Shown here piece by piece: positions 29,949-38,546 of a stretch of 64,000 nt of DNA. The position numbers were made by a program, and so were the translations under genes. Below the pieces are notes generated by a model. The model was not told the origin of the DNA, did no database searches, and saw only the letters and a program-made list of their open reading frames with translations. This DNA is from Acidobacteriota bacterium (GTDB lineage Bacteria; Acidobacteriota; Thermoanaerobaculia; Multivoradales; UBA5704). Numbering within the stretch: the first letter of the stretch is position 1; the number at the start of each line of letters is the position of its first letter. The DNA lies in the NCBI GenBank assembly GCA_034667225.1, contig JAXDKG010000051.1, positions 106,657 through 170,656 on the forward strand, given 5' to 3'.

Positions 29949-30235
29949 TCCGCGACATCTTCCGCTGCAAGCCGGGCAAGGCGAAGCTGCTCGTCGAGAA
30001 GCTGCGTGCGACCCTGCCCTCGACCGAGAAGGAGGACGGCTTTCGAAACTGCCGGCTGATGGTCGACGCCGTCGCCACGTACTGGACGGTCGTCTGGGAA
30101 GCCGAGATCGAGAGCCTGGATCAGTTCGAGCATCACATGGCAAACTACGGCTCGCGCCCGGAGGTTCAGCAGGCCATGGCTGGGTACCTCGATCTCGTCG
30201 AGGGTGGGCATCGCGAGATCTTCCGGGTGGTTTGA
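29939..30235 (+). CDS. small alpha+beta-barrel protein (Dabb/ABM-like, 98 aa)
   Basis: ATG 29939 overlaps the GNAT stop by 8 nt; MYVIRDIFRCKPGKAKLLVEKL…WTVVWEAEIESLDQFEHHM has the size and pattern of dimeric alpha/beta barrel proteins. Confidence 0.45.
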   Translation: MYVIRDIFRCKPGKAKLLVEKLRATLPSTEKEDGFRNCRLMVDAVATYWTVVWEAEIESLDQFEHHMANYGSRPEVQQAMAGYLDLVEGGHREIFRVV

Positions 30236-30253
30236 TTAGAAAGGGGACTCGTC

Positions 30254-30811
30254 ATGTTGAATCGCATCGCGGTTCTCGTCGTGGCATGTTGTGCCTGGGC
30301 CGGCGCTCTCGCAGCGCAAGAGGTTGGCAGCGCGAGCGGCAAGGGAATGATTGAGCGGATCGTCGAGCCGAAAACCGGCAAGAGCGAGCAGGTGACGTTC
30401 CAGCCGCGTTACTCGTTCGCCTACCCGGAGAGCACCGGCGCGGAGAAGTTCACATGGATCGTCCTCACCGAGAAGGAGCCCCCGTTGAAGTCGTGGGCGG
30501 CGGCGAAGGACCGTGCCGAGGCGCGTCGGCTCTGGTGTGGGACGGAAAAGACGCCGTTCGTCGCCGTGAAGCTGGACGCGGACTGGAAAGTCGATCTGTA
30601 CTTCCTGTGTCCGGCGAACGGCTGGGTGAACACCGAGATGGTGAACACCGCGAACGGGCTCGACAGCGTCGTCGTCGAGCTCGAGGTGCGCGACGCGAAG
30701 AGGCTCAAGGGCACTCTGCGCACGGGCCAAGGCGCTTGCGGAGACACTGAGAGCATGACCTACTGCGAGGCGACGGGCGACTACACGTTCGATGCCCCTC
30801 TTTCGAAATGA
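30254..30811 (+). CDS. secreted protein of unknown function (4 Cys)
   Basis: 185 aa; signal peptide MLNRIAVLVVACCAWAGALAAQE. Confidence 0.5.
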   Translation: MLNRIAVLVVACCAWAGALAAQEVGSASGKGMIERIVEPKTGKSEQVTFQPRYSFAYPESTGAEKFTWIVLTEKEPPLKSWAAAKDRAEARRLWCGTEKTPFVAVKLDADWKVDLYFLCPANGWVNTEMVNTANGLDSVVVELEVRDAKRLKGTLRTGQGACGDTESMTYCEATGDYTFDAPLSK

Positions 30812-30814
30812 CGC

Positions 30815-30843
30815 TTGACAACCGTAAACCTTTCCTCTATCTT
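30815..30843 (+). promoter_or_regulatory. near-consensus sigma70 promoter TTGACA-N17-TATCTT
   Basis: perfect -35 hexamer, 17-nt spacer, -10 TATCTT; 4 nt after the stop of the preceding gene; drives the tiny ORF below. Confidence 0.55.
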
Positions 30844-30869
30844 CCCTCTCCCTGAACGAGGAAACCACC

Positions 30870-30950
30870 ATGAAGCCACAATCGATCTCGACCGCCTTTA
30901 ACTGCTACCAGCCTGGTAGCCGGCGGAGCGTGCAGGGAGATCGACCCTAG
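30870..30950 (+). CDS. 26-codon ORF with a strong RBS (MKPQSISTAFNCYQPGSRRSVQGDRP); small peptide or coding part of an sRNA
   Basis: GAGGAAA 5 nt before ATG; lies between the promoter at 30815 and the terminator at 30978; below the ORF-track cut-off. Confidence 0.35.
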   Translation: MKPQSISTAFNCYQPGSRRSVQGDRP

Positions 30951-30977
30951 AAGAGCGGAAACATCCGGCGTCTTGCC

Positions 30978-31010
30978 GGCCTTCCGGGGTCGAACCCCGG
31001 AAGGCCTTTT
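30978..31010 (+). terminator. rho-independent terminator
   Basis: 12-bp perfect stem GGCCTTCCGGGG/CCCCGGAAGGCC, loop TCGAA, then TTTTCGCTTTT. Confidence 0.75.
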
Positions 31011-31135
31011 CGCTTTTCTGGGGGGTAATGATTCAGTGGATAACGTCCGCCTTTCTCCGGCGGCGCCCGCGCCTCACTGCGTGTGATCGGTAGCGTGCGT
31101 TCCGTACACGGGTTCTAAGGGGGTGGACTTAGCCA

Positions 31136-31210
31136 GCAAGGCTAGCTCAGCCAGGTAGAGCACCAGACCGTTAATCTGGCATCCGAAGGTTCGAATCCTT
31201 CGCCTTAGCA
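31136..31210 (+). tRNA. tRNA-Asn (anticodon GTT)-like; possibly degenerate
   Basis: hand fold: D-arm GCTC-AGCCAGGTA-GAGC, anticodon stem CCAGA/TCTGG with loop CCGTTAA (GTT at 31170-31172), variable loop CATCC, T-arm GAAGG-TTCGAAT-CCTTC; acceptor pairs only with a bulged A in the 3' strand, position 33 is C, and no CCA is encoded. Confidence 0.6.
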
Positions 31211-31448
31211 AGGTAGCAAGGTTTTCCGGAGGGCGGGTTCCGCAACCCGCCGGCCGCCGTGAAGTCTGCGGCGGCAGCATGCGACGGCGCTCTGCGGCGT
31301 CGCCGACCTGACCGTGACAAAACGCCGGATCACGAAGTTTGTGTGAAAGCGGAGTCGGCGCAGTCTTGGGCGGCGCCCCGCGCCCGAGGTGTGGCGGAGC
31401 GGTGTCTTCGCCCTCCGGTAGCCGCTTACAGAGAAAGGCAGGTGGAGC

Positions 31449-32552
31449 ATGGGTGTGAGACTGATCAAGGTGGAGACGTACGAGCGTGGCCTGGTCTTCG
31501 TGGATGGCGCGTTCTCGCGGCTGCTCGCGCCGGGCCGGCATTTCGTGACGGAGCCGCTGCGGAGCCTGCAGGTGGAAAAGGTTTCCATCCGTCAGCCGTG
31601 GCTGCGCCACCGCGACCTCGAAGTGATCGTGAAGTCCGGGGCGCTCGCGGGCCAGGCCCTGGTACTGGATATCAAGGACCACGAGCGCGCGCTGGTGTGG
31701 ATCGACGGACGTCTCGATTCGGTGCGCGGTCCCGGTCTATACGCGGTCTGGACCCTGTTCCATGAGGTCCGCGTCGAGCTGATTGATGCGCGGCCGGTGC
31801 GTTTCGAGCATCCGGAGCTGGCCAAGGTGCTTGCGGCCGAGGGCGGGATGCTGCTGCTGGAGTCCGCGACCGTGGCTTCCGGCTGGGTCGGCCTTGTTTT
31901 CATGAATGGCCGTCTGGGCGAGCCTCTGGCGCCGGGTCTGCACGGATTCTGGCGGGGCGAGGGCGATCTGCGGATCATTCAGTTCGACCTGCGTGAGCAG
32001 TCGGTGGACATCTCCGGCCAAGAGATCATGACGGCTGACAAGGTGACGCTGCGGATGAACGCGGTGGTCACCTACCGGATCGCAGACCCGGTGAAGGCGA
32101 TCACGGAGGTCGAGGGCTACGCCCAGGCGCTGTACCGGCAGGCACAGCTCGCGTTGCGGGCCGTGGTGGGCACCCGCGAGCTCGACGCGCTGCTGTCCGA
32201 CAAGGACGGCGTCGTGGCCGAGCTGGAGGGAATGGTGCGGGTCCGGGCCGAGGCGCTGGGCATCGAGGTGCGCACCATAGGTCTGCGCGACGTGATCCTG
32301 CCGGGCGAGATGAAGGAGATCCTGAACCGGGTGACGGAAGCCCGCAAGGCCGCGGAGGCCGCCCTCATCACGCGCAGGGAGGAGACCGCCGCGATCCGCT
32401 CGCAGGCCAACACCGCGCGGCTCTATGAGTCGAACCCGACCCTGATGCGGCTGCGCGAGCTGGAGGTTCTGGAGAGGGTCACCGAGAAGGCGAATCTGTC
32501 GGTCATCCTGGGCGAGGGCGGGCTGGCGGATCGGGTGGTGAAGCTGTTGTAG
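31449..32552 (+). CDS. SPFH/band-7 domain protein (stomatin/flotillin-like)
   Basis: 367 aa; AGGTGGAG RBS; band-7 core and coiled-coil C-terminus (…EARKAAEAALITRREETAAIRSQANTARLYE…). Confidence 0.7.
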   Translation: MGVRLIKVETYERGLVFVDGAFSRLLAPGRHFVTEPLRSLQVEKVSIRQPWLRHRDLEVIVKSGALAGQALVLDIKDHERALVWIDGRLDSVRGPGLYAVWTLFHEVRVELIDARPVRFEHPELAKVLAAEGGMLLLESATVASGWVGLVFMNGRLGEPLAPGLHGFWRGEGDLRIIQFDLREQSVDISGQEIMTADKVTLRMNAVVTYRIADPVKAITEVEGYAQALYRQAQLALRAVVGTRELDALLSDKDGVVAELEGMVRVRAEALGIEVRTIGLRDVILPGEMKEILNRVTEARKAAEAALITRREETAAIRSQANTARLYESNPTLMRLRELEVLERVTEKANLSVILGEGGLADRVVKLL

Positions 32553-32575
32553 ATCGAAGGACACCAGGGACCTCC

Positions 32576-35500
32576 TTGGTGTCCTTCAAGTCCTTTTCCG
32601 CCGCCCCCGTGGTAGCGTCGCAAAGCGTGGTTCGCGTTGCGCTCCTACTCTTCGGCTCGGGCTTTTGCGCCCTGGTTTACCAGACCGCCTGGCTACGCAT
32701 GTTGCGGCTGGTATTCGGAGCCTCGACCGCGGCGTCGGCAGCGGTGCTCGCGATCTTCATGGGTGGGCTCGGGTTCGGCGGGCTCCTGCTTGGCCGGATC
32801 GCGGACCGCCGGGGCTCTCCCCTCCGCTTCTATGCCGGATTGGAGGCCGGAATCGCCCTCGCCGCCGGCCTCTCGCCCTGGCTCGTCGTTCTGATCCAAA
32901 AGGTTTATGTCGGTCTCGGGGGCAGCGGGTCGTTGGGGCTCGCGGGCGGGAGCCTCGTGCGCCTGGTGTTGTCGGCGCTCGTCTTGGGTCTTCCGACCTT
33001 CCTGATGGGTGGGACCCTCCCCGCCCTGGCCCGGGCGGTGGAGCAGGCTTCCGACACGGGCCGGCGCAGGACGGGGCTGCTCTACGCGCTGAACACGCTC
33101 GGCGCGGTGGCCGGCGCCCTCGGCACAACCTTCTGGTCGCTGGAGCACCTGGGCATCCGGAAGACGATCTGGGCGGCGGCCCTGCTGAACATGGCGATCG
33201 CCGCCGTTGCCTGGTTCTCCCGGATGTCCGCTTCGGAGGTGACCGAGGAGACGGCGGAGCCTCGACGGGGTTTCTTCATTCCGCTCGCCGCCGGCGTGGT
33301 TGGCTTCGCGTTCCTCCTCATGGAACTGGTCTGGTACCGGATGCTGTCCCCGCTGCTGGGCGGCTCTTCCTATACCTTCGGGCTGATCCTCGCCGTGGCC
33401 CTGCTGGGGATCGGGCTCGGTAGTCTCCTGTATGGCTCAGGGCCTCGCCAGCTTCGCCCCACGCTCGCCGGCTTTGCCGTCACCTGCTCTCTGGAGGCCC
33501 TCGCCCTCGCCTTGCCCTTCGCTCTGGGCGACCGGCTGGCCGTTCTGGCGGTGCTCCTGCGGCCCTTGGCCGGCGCCGGCTTTCTCCCCCTCGTCCTTGG
33601 GTGGAGCCTGGTGACCGCGATCGTCGTCCTGCCGGCGGCGATCGTGGCGGGCTACCAGTTCCCGCTCCTCATCGCCCTGCTCGGACCCGGCCGGAGCCGG
33701 GTTGGCCGGGAGGTGGGCGCCACCTACGCGGCGAACACGGTCGGGGCCATCGCCGGCTCGATCGCCGGCGGCTTCGGGCTCCTCCCCCTGCTCTCGGCGC
33801 CGGGCGTCTGGCGCCTGGTGGCCGGTCTGCTCCTCGTCCTGGCCCTGGCCGCGGCAGTCCTTTCTCTCCGGCGGGAGGGCTCCTGGAGACCCCTGGCTCT
33901 GCCGGTTGGGCTCGCCCTGATCGGCGCGCTGCTCATGTCTGCTCCGGGTCCGAGTGCCTTCTGGCGGCATAGCCCGATCGGCGCCGGGCGAGTGAGCGCC
34001 GACTGGAGCGGTCCCAACGAGCTGCGGGATGCCATGAACAGCCAGAGGCGGGGAGTCGTCTGGGAGCAGGACGGGGTCGAGAGCAGCGTGGCGATTGACA
34101 TCACCCGGGAGATCGCCTTCCTGGTCAACGGCAAGGCCGACGGCAGCGCGCGGGCGGATGCTCCCACGCAGATCATGAGCGGGCTGGTCGGGTCGATGCT
34201 CCACCCGGACCCCCGCCGCGCCCTGGTAATCGGGCTGGGGACCGGCAGCACCGCGGGCTGGCTCGCGGCCGTGCCGTCCATGGAGCGGGTGGATGTGGTG
34301 GAGCTGGAGCCCGCGGTGGTCAGAGTGGCCGAGCTGCTAGCGCCGATCAACCGGAAGGCCCTGAGCAACCCCAAGGTGCACCTGACGATCGGCGACGGCC
34401 GCGAGCTTCTCCTGACCAGCCCGGAGAGATACGACGTCATCTTCTCCGAGCCATCCAATCCCTACCGGGCGGGGATCGCCAGCCTTTTCTCTCGCGAGCT
34501 CTACGAGGCGGTGAGCGGCCGGCTGCGCCCCGGTGGCATCTTCCTCCAGTGGCTCCAGGGGTACGAGGTGGACGCGGAGGTCGTGGCCACGGTCTACGCC
34601 ACCCTGAGCTCCATGTTCCCGGCCGTCGAGACCTGGGAGATCAACTCCGGCGACCTGCTGCTCGTCGCCACCCGGGAGCCGCTCGTCCATGATGTCGGCC
34701 GGGTACGGACCCGCGTCCGGCAGCCGCCCTACGAGGAGGCTCTCCTCCGGACCTGGGGAGTGGAGGGAGCCGAGGGCTTCTACAGCGGCTACATCGCCTC
34801 CCCCGAGCTGGCCCGGGCCGTGGCGGGCCGGCCGCGCACCCGGCTCAACACAGACGACCTGCCAATCCTGGAGTTCGGCTTCGCCCGCAACCTGGGCCGG
34901 TCGGGCCTCTTCCGCGTCGAAGATCTGGTCTCGCTGGTGCGATCCCGCGGAGAGGACCGGCCCCGAGGAGCCTCCCTCGACTGGGGGCTCGTGGGCGAGC
35001 TGAGGCAGGCGCGCAGCCTCTTCTGGGGAGATTCAATCGACGGCAAGGGGAGGGACACTGACGCGGAGACTCGACGGCTTGCGCGGGTCGCTTACTCGGA
35101 CGTCGATCTGAAGTCGGCCTGCGGGCACTGGTTCGCCCAGCCCGCAGCTCCCTTCACCTATCCCGATCTCCTCCTGACCTCCGAATGCCTGGCCGGGACA
35201 GGAGATCCCCGCGCGCCGGAGCACGCCGCTCGGCTGCGCCCGGTGGATGCCGAGCTGGTCCTCGCCATCTGGCACGACCAGGCGGGCCGCACTCCGGAGG
35301 CGGTCCGGCACCTGGTGGCCGCGTTCGAGGGGGCGCGGCGCGATCCCTGGGCCTCGATTTCGCTGCTGGAGCGGGTGCTGGAGTTCGCCTCTGAGATCGC
35401 CACCCGCGACCCGGACGCCGCCGAGACGATCTTCAAGGCCCTGGCCGAGCCGTTCGCGGTGGGCATGGCCGATCAGACTCGGCTGCGTCAGCGGGTGGAG

Positions 35501-35701
35501 CTGACCTGGCTGTTGAGGGATGGCTGTGTCGAGGCGCTGAAGCCGTTCGAGCCCAGCCCTCCCTGGGAAGACCTGTTCCTCGCCCAGCGCGCCCGGTGCT
35601 ACCGCGAGGCACATCATCCGCTCGCCGACCGCGCCCGCTCCGATCTGGCGGAGTACATGGGGAATGCCCCGCCGCGTTTGGAGACGGGGCTGCCTCCTTG
35701 A
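32576..35701 (+). CDS. fused polytopic membrane domain (MFS-like) / spermidine-synthase-like aminopropyltransferase / C-terminal helical repeat protein
   Basis: 1041 aa; ~450 aa with ~12 TM helices; then a SAM-dependent class I MTase/spermine synthase core (VIGLGTGSTAGWLA…VVELEP…DVIFSEPSNPY…GGIFLQW); then ~350 aa helical tail. Confidence 0.65.
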   Translation: MVSFKSFSAAPVVASQSVVRVALLLFGSGFCALVYQTAWLRMLRLVFGASTAASAAVLAIFMGGLGFGGLLLGRIADRRGSPLRFYAGLEAGIALAAGLSPWLVVLIQKVYVGLGGSGSLGLAGGSLVRLVLSALVLGLPTFLMGGTLPALARAVEQASDTGRRRTGLLYALNTLGAVAGALGTTFWSLEHLGIRKTIWAAALLNMAIAAVAWFSRMSASEVTEETAEPRRGFFIPLAAGVVGFAFLLMELVWYRMLSPLLGGSSYTFGLILAVALLGIGLGSLLYGSGPRQLRPTLAGFAVTCSLEALALALPFALGDRLAVLAVLLRPLAGAGFLPLVLGWSLVTAIVVLPAAIVAGYQFPLLIALLGPGRSRVGREVGATYAANTVGAIAGSIAGGFGLLPLLSAPGVWRLVAGLLLVLALAAAVLSLRREGSWRPLALPVGLALIGALLMSAPGPSAFWRHSPIGAGRVSADWSGPNELRDAMNSQRRGVVWEQDGVESSVAIDITREIAFLVNGKADGSARADAPTQIMSGLVGSMLHPDPRRALVIGLGTGSTAGWLAAVPSMERVDVVELEPAVVRVAELLAPINRKALSNPKVHLTIGDGRELLLTSPERYDVIFSEPSNPYRAGIASLFSRELYEAVSGRLRPGGIFLQWLQGYEVDAEVVATVYATLSSMFPAVETWEINSGDLLLVATREPLVHDVGRVRTRVRQPPYEEALLRTWGVEGAEGFYSGYIASPELARAVAGRPRTRLNTDDLPILEFGFARNLGRSGLFRVEDLVSLVRSRGEDRPRGASLDWGLVGELRQARSLFWGDSIDGKGRDTDAETRRLARVAYSDVDLKSACGHWFAQPAAPFTYPDLLLTSECLAGTGDPRAPEHAARLRPVDAELVLAIWHDQAGRTPEAVRHLVAAFEGARRDPWASISLLERVLEFASEIATRDPDAAETIFKALAEPFAVGMADQTRLRQRVELTWLLRDGCVEALKPFEPSPPWEDLFLAQRARCYREAHHPLADRARSDLAEYMGNAPPRLETGLPP

Positions 35702-35783
35702 CCCCTACCCACCGAACTTTATACGCTCACCGTTCGGTCAGTACCAGGTCCGGAGGCGGACCAGGAGGGGATAGGTCTATCAG

Positions 35784-36644
35784 ATGGAGTCCATCCGGAC
35801 GATTGGAGTGATCGGCGCGGGCACCATGGGGCATGGAATCGCCCAGGTGGCAGCCCAGAGCGGGTATGAGGTGCTGCTGGTCGACGTGGCGCCTCAGGCG
35901 CTGGAGCGCGGCGTTTCCCAGATCGGCAAGGGGCTGGAGCGCCTGGTGAGCAAGGGCAAGCTCGCGGCCGAGGAGCGCGACCAGGCCCTCTCCCGCCTCT
36001 CCTCCCATGGCGAGCTCGCCGCTCTCGAACGCGCCGACCTCGTGGTCGAGGCGGTCGTCGAGAAGCTGGAGGTCAAGCGCTCGGTCTTCACCGAGCTCGA
36101 CCGGATCTGCCCGCCGCACACGATCCTCTCGTCCAACACCAGCTCGATCTCCATCACCAAGATCGCGGCCTCCACCTCGCGGCCCGGCAAGGTCATCGGC
36201 ATGCACTTCATGAACCCGGTGCCCGTGATGCATCTCGTGGAGATCATCCGCGGTCTCGCCACCGATCAGGAGACCTATGACGCGGTCGAAGCCGCGTCGC
36301 GCAAGATGGGCAAGACGCCGGTCGAGGTCCACGACGCGCCGGGGTTCGTCTCCAACCGCGTCCTCATGCCGATGATCAACGAGGCAATTTATTGCCTCTA
36401 CGAGGGGGTCGGGAAGGCTGAAGCCATTGACCAGGTTATGAAGCTTGGAATGAACCATCCGATGGGTCCGCTGGCCTTGGCCGACCTGATCGGTCTGGAC
36501 GTCTGTCTCGATATCCTGCGGGTGCTCTCCGACGGCTTCGGCGATCCGAAGTACCGTCCATGCCCGCTGCTGGTCAAGATGGTGGACGCCGGCTACTTGG
36601 GCCGTAAGTCCGGCCGGGGATTTTATGCGTACGATGGGTCCTGA
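35784..36644 (+). CDS. hbd: 3-hydroxybutyryl-CoA / 3-hydroxyacyl-CoA dehydrogenase
   Basis: 286 aa; NAD Rossmann motif IGVIGAGTMGHGIAQV; HFMNPVPVMHLVEII; C-terminal dimerisation domain. Confidence 0.85.
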   Translation: MESIRTIGVIGAGTMGHGIAQVAAQSGYEVLLVDVAPQALERGVSQIGKGLERLVSKGKLAAEERDQALSRLSSHGELAALERADLVVEAVVEKLEVKRSVFTELDRICPPHTILSSNTSSISITKIAASTSRPGKVIGMHFMNPVPVMHLVEIIRGLATDQETYDAVEAASRKMGKTPVEVHDAPGFVSNRVLMPMINEAIYCLYEGVGKAEAIDQVMKLGMNHPMGPLALADLIGLDVCLDILRVLSDGFGDPKYRPCPLLVKMVDAGYLGRKSGRGFYAYDGS

Positions 36645-36681
36645 TGCGTTCGCTTCCGGCCACGGGCCGGAAGACCGCAGC

Positions 36682-38526
36682 ATGTACTGCCAGGTCTGCG
36701 GCGCTCCCAACCGGGACGACCATGAGTATTGCGTCCGCTGCCATCAGAAGCTGCTGGTGGTCTCGGGGGCCATGCGCGATGACGACGAGTACGAGGAGGC
36801 CGTCGGGGAGGAGAGCTTCTCGTTCGACGAGCACCTCCTGGAGCGCATCTCGATCCTGGAGGAAGCGGTCAAGCGCACCGCCGAGACCGTGCGCCAGGTC
36901 CTCGGCGCCCTGCACAAGCAGGAGAAGAACATCCTCATCAACCAGACCGGCCTCTCGGCCCTGCGCGAGCTGCTGGAGCAGAAGCACTACATCGGCTGGG
37001 AGGAGTGGAGCGAGCTCTGGGAATCCAAGATGGACTACCAGCTCCTCGCCCTGGAGAAGCGCGAGCGCTTCCTCTCGATCAAGGAACGGATAGCTGCGCT
37101 CCACCACGGCGAGAAGCGCAAGGTGTTCCTCCAGCACCTGGAGGATGCCGAGTACGCCCTGTTCGCCTTCGACATCGAGCGCGCCGTCGGCGCCCTGGAG
37201 TCCGCTTTCAAGCTGGACCGGGAGAACTATGAGCTCGCCTACTTCCTCGGCGAGACCCACTTCAACGAGGGGGACACGGCCCAGGCCCTGACCTTCTTCA
37301 GCCACGTGCTGGACGTCAAGGCCGATCACTACGAGGGGCTGGTCTACAGCGGGGTCATCTACTACGAGCGCGGCGACCACGAACGCGCCGAGGACTACCT
37401 GAAGCGCGCCATCGCGCTCTATCCCGAAAGCTTCCTGCCCCACTTCAGCCTCGGTGCCGTCTATGCCGGCCAGGGGAATCTGGCCAAGGCTGTGCTCTTC
37501 CTGGAGCGGGCGGTGCAGGTCGATCCGGTGCCGCAGGCCCTCTACCTGCTCGGGAGCTGCTATTACGAGATGGGCAAGCTCTCGCTCGCCGTCCACTACC
37601 TGCAGGAGGCGGTGCGCCACGATCCCGCGTTTGAGGAGGCGCACCACCTGCTCGGGCTGGCCTATCTCGACCGGCATTGGACGCGCAAGGCGCTCGAGTC
37701 GTTCCGCCAGGCGCAGCGGCTCAATCCCAAGAAGCTGCAGTATCAGGATCTGGTGCGCTACCTCTCGGGCGCCGCGGGCTCGCCGCTGCCCGGAGTGAGC
37801 GGCGAGGCCGAATCCTGGTTTAAAAAGGGAGAGGAGTTCCTCGCCCGCGAGAACCTGAAGCAGGCCCACGCCTGCTACCGGCGCGCGCTCTCGATCGAAC
37901 CGGACAACCCGACGCTGTTGATGTCCTATGCGCTTCTCTGCCTGCACCTGAACCGCAACCAGGAGATCGAGGCGGTGACGCGCAAGGTGCTGGATCTCAA
38001 GCCCGGCGAGATGCTCATGGCGACCGCCTATGCCACGCTCATCGAGGCCATGCGCAGCCAGGGCAAGTACCGGGAGGGGAACCGCATCGGCAAGCTGCTG
38101 CTCGACGAGGGCAACTCCAACTTCGCCAAGTCGATCGCCTACTACGAGATGGCGTACAACCTGGCGGAGATGGAGGAGGACCTGGACGAGGCCCTGGACT
38201 TCGCCCGCCAATCGGTGGAGCTGGCGCCGGACGAGATCAAGCAGTTTCCGCTCGCGGCGCTCGGCTGGGTGCACTACAAGCGCAAAGAGTTCGACAAGGC
38301 GGTCGACTTCCTCGCCCGGTCGAGCGAGCTGGGGCCGTCCTCCACGACGCTGACGCATCTGGGCATGGCCCTGCTCGCGTCGGGCCAGGAGGACCGGGCG
38401 CGAACGGTGCTCGCCCATGCCCGCAACGTGGGCGAGCGCGGCGAGGCGCTGCAGGAAAAGATGATGGAGTGCATGAAGGATTCGACGCGCCTGATCGAAA
38501 GGGCTCGCCGCAGCCAGAGAAAGTAA
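36682..38526 (+). CDS. TPR-repeat protein with N-terminal zinc ribbon
   Basis: MYCQVCGAPNRDDHEYCVRCHQKL (CxxC…CxxC), then coiled coil and ≥8 TPR units; alternative start ATG 36625 overlapping hbd. Confidence 0.6.
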   Translation: MYCQVCGAPNRDDHEYCVRCHQKLLVVSGAMRDDDEYEEAVGEESFSFDEHLLERISILEEAVKRTAETVRQVLGALHKQEKNILINQTGLSALRELLEQKHYIGWEEWSELWESKMDYQLLALEKRERFLSIKERIAALHHGEKRKVFLQHLEDAEYALFAFDIERAVGALESAFKLDRENYELAYFLGETHFNEGDTAQALTFFSHVLDVKADHYEGLVYSGVIYYERGDHERAEDYLKRAIALYPESFLPHFSLGAVYAGQGNLAKAVLFLERAVQVDPVPQALYLLGSCYYEMGKLSLAVHYLQEAVRHDPAFEEAHHLLGLAYLDRHWTRKALESFRQAQRLNPKKLQYQDLVRYLSGAAGSPLPGVSGEAESWFKKGEEFLARENLKQAHACYRRALSIEPDNPTLLMSYALLCLHLNRNQEIEAVTRKVLDLKPGEMLMATAYATLIEAMRSQGKYREGNRIGKLLLDEGNSNFAKSIAYYEMAYNLAEMEEDLDEALDFARQSVELAPDEIKQFPLAALGWVHYKRKEFDKAVDFLARSSELGPSSTTLTHLGMALLASGQEDRARTVLAHARNVGERGEALQEKMMECMKDSTRLIERARRSQRK

Positions 38527-38546
38527 CCAGGGAGACGGGAGAGAGA

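Noticed and set aside
30978-31006. tRNA-fragment-like hairpin (GGTCGAACCCC loop region) as an att-site remnant
   Set aside because: It is a perfect 12-bp stem followed by a U-tract, so it is better explained as an intrinsic terminator; no flanking direct repeat of the tRNA 3' end was found.
31210-31448. Possible regulatory RNA between tRNA-Asn and the SPFH gene (GC hairpin GCGGGTT-CCGC-AACCCGC at ~31233)
   Set aside because: Only one short hairpin and no promoter-like element; insufficient evidence.
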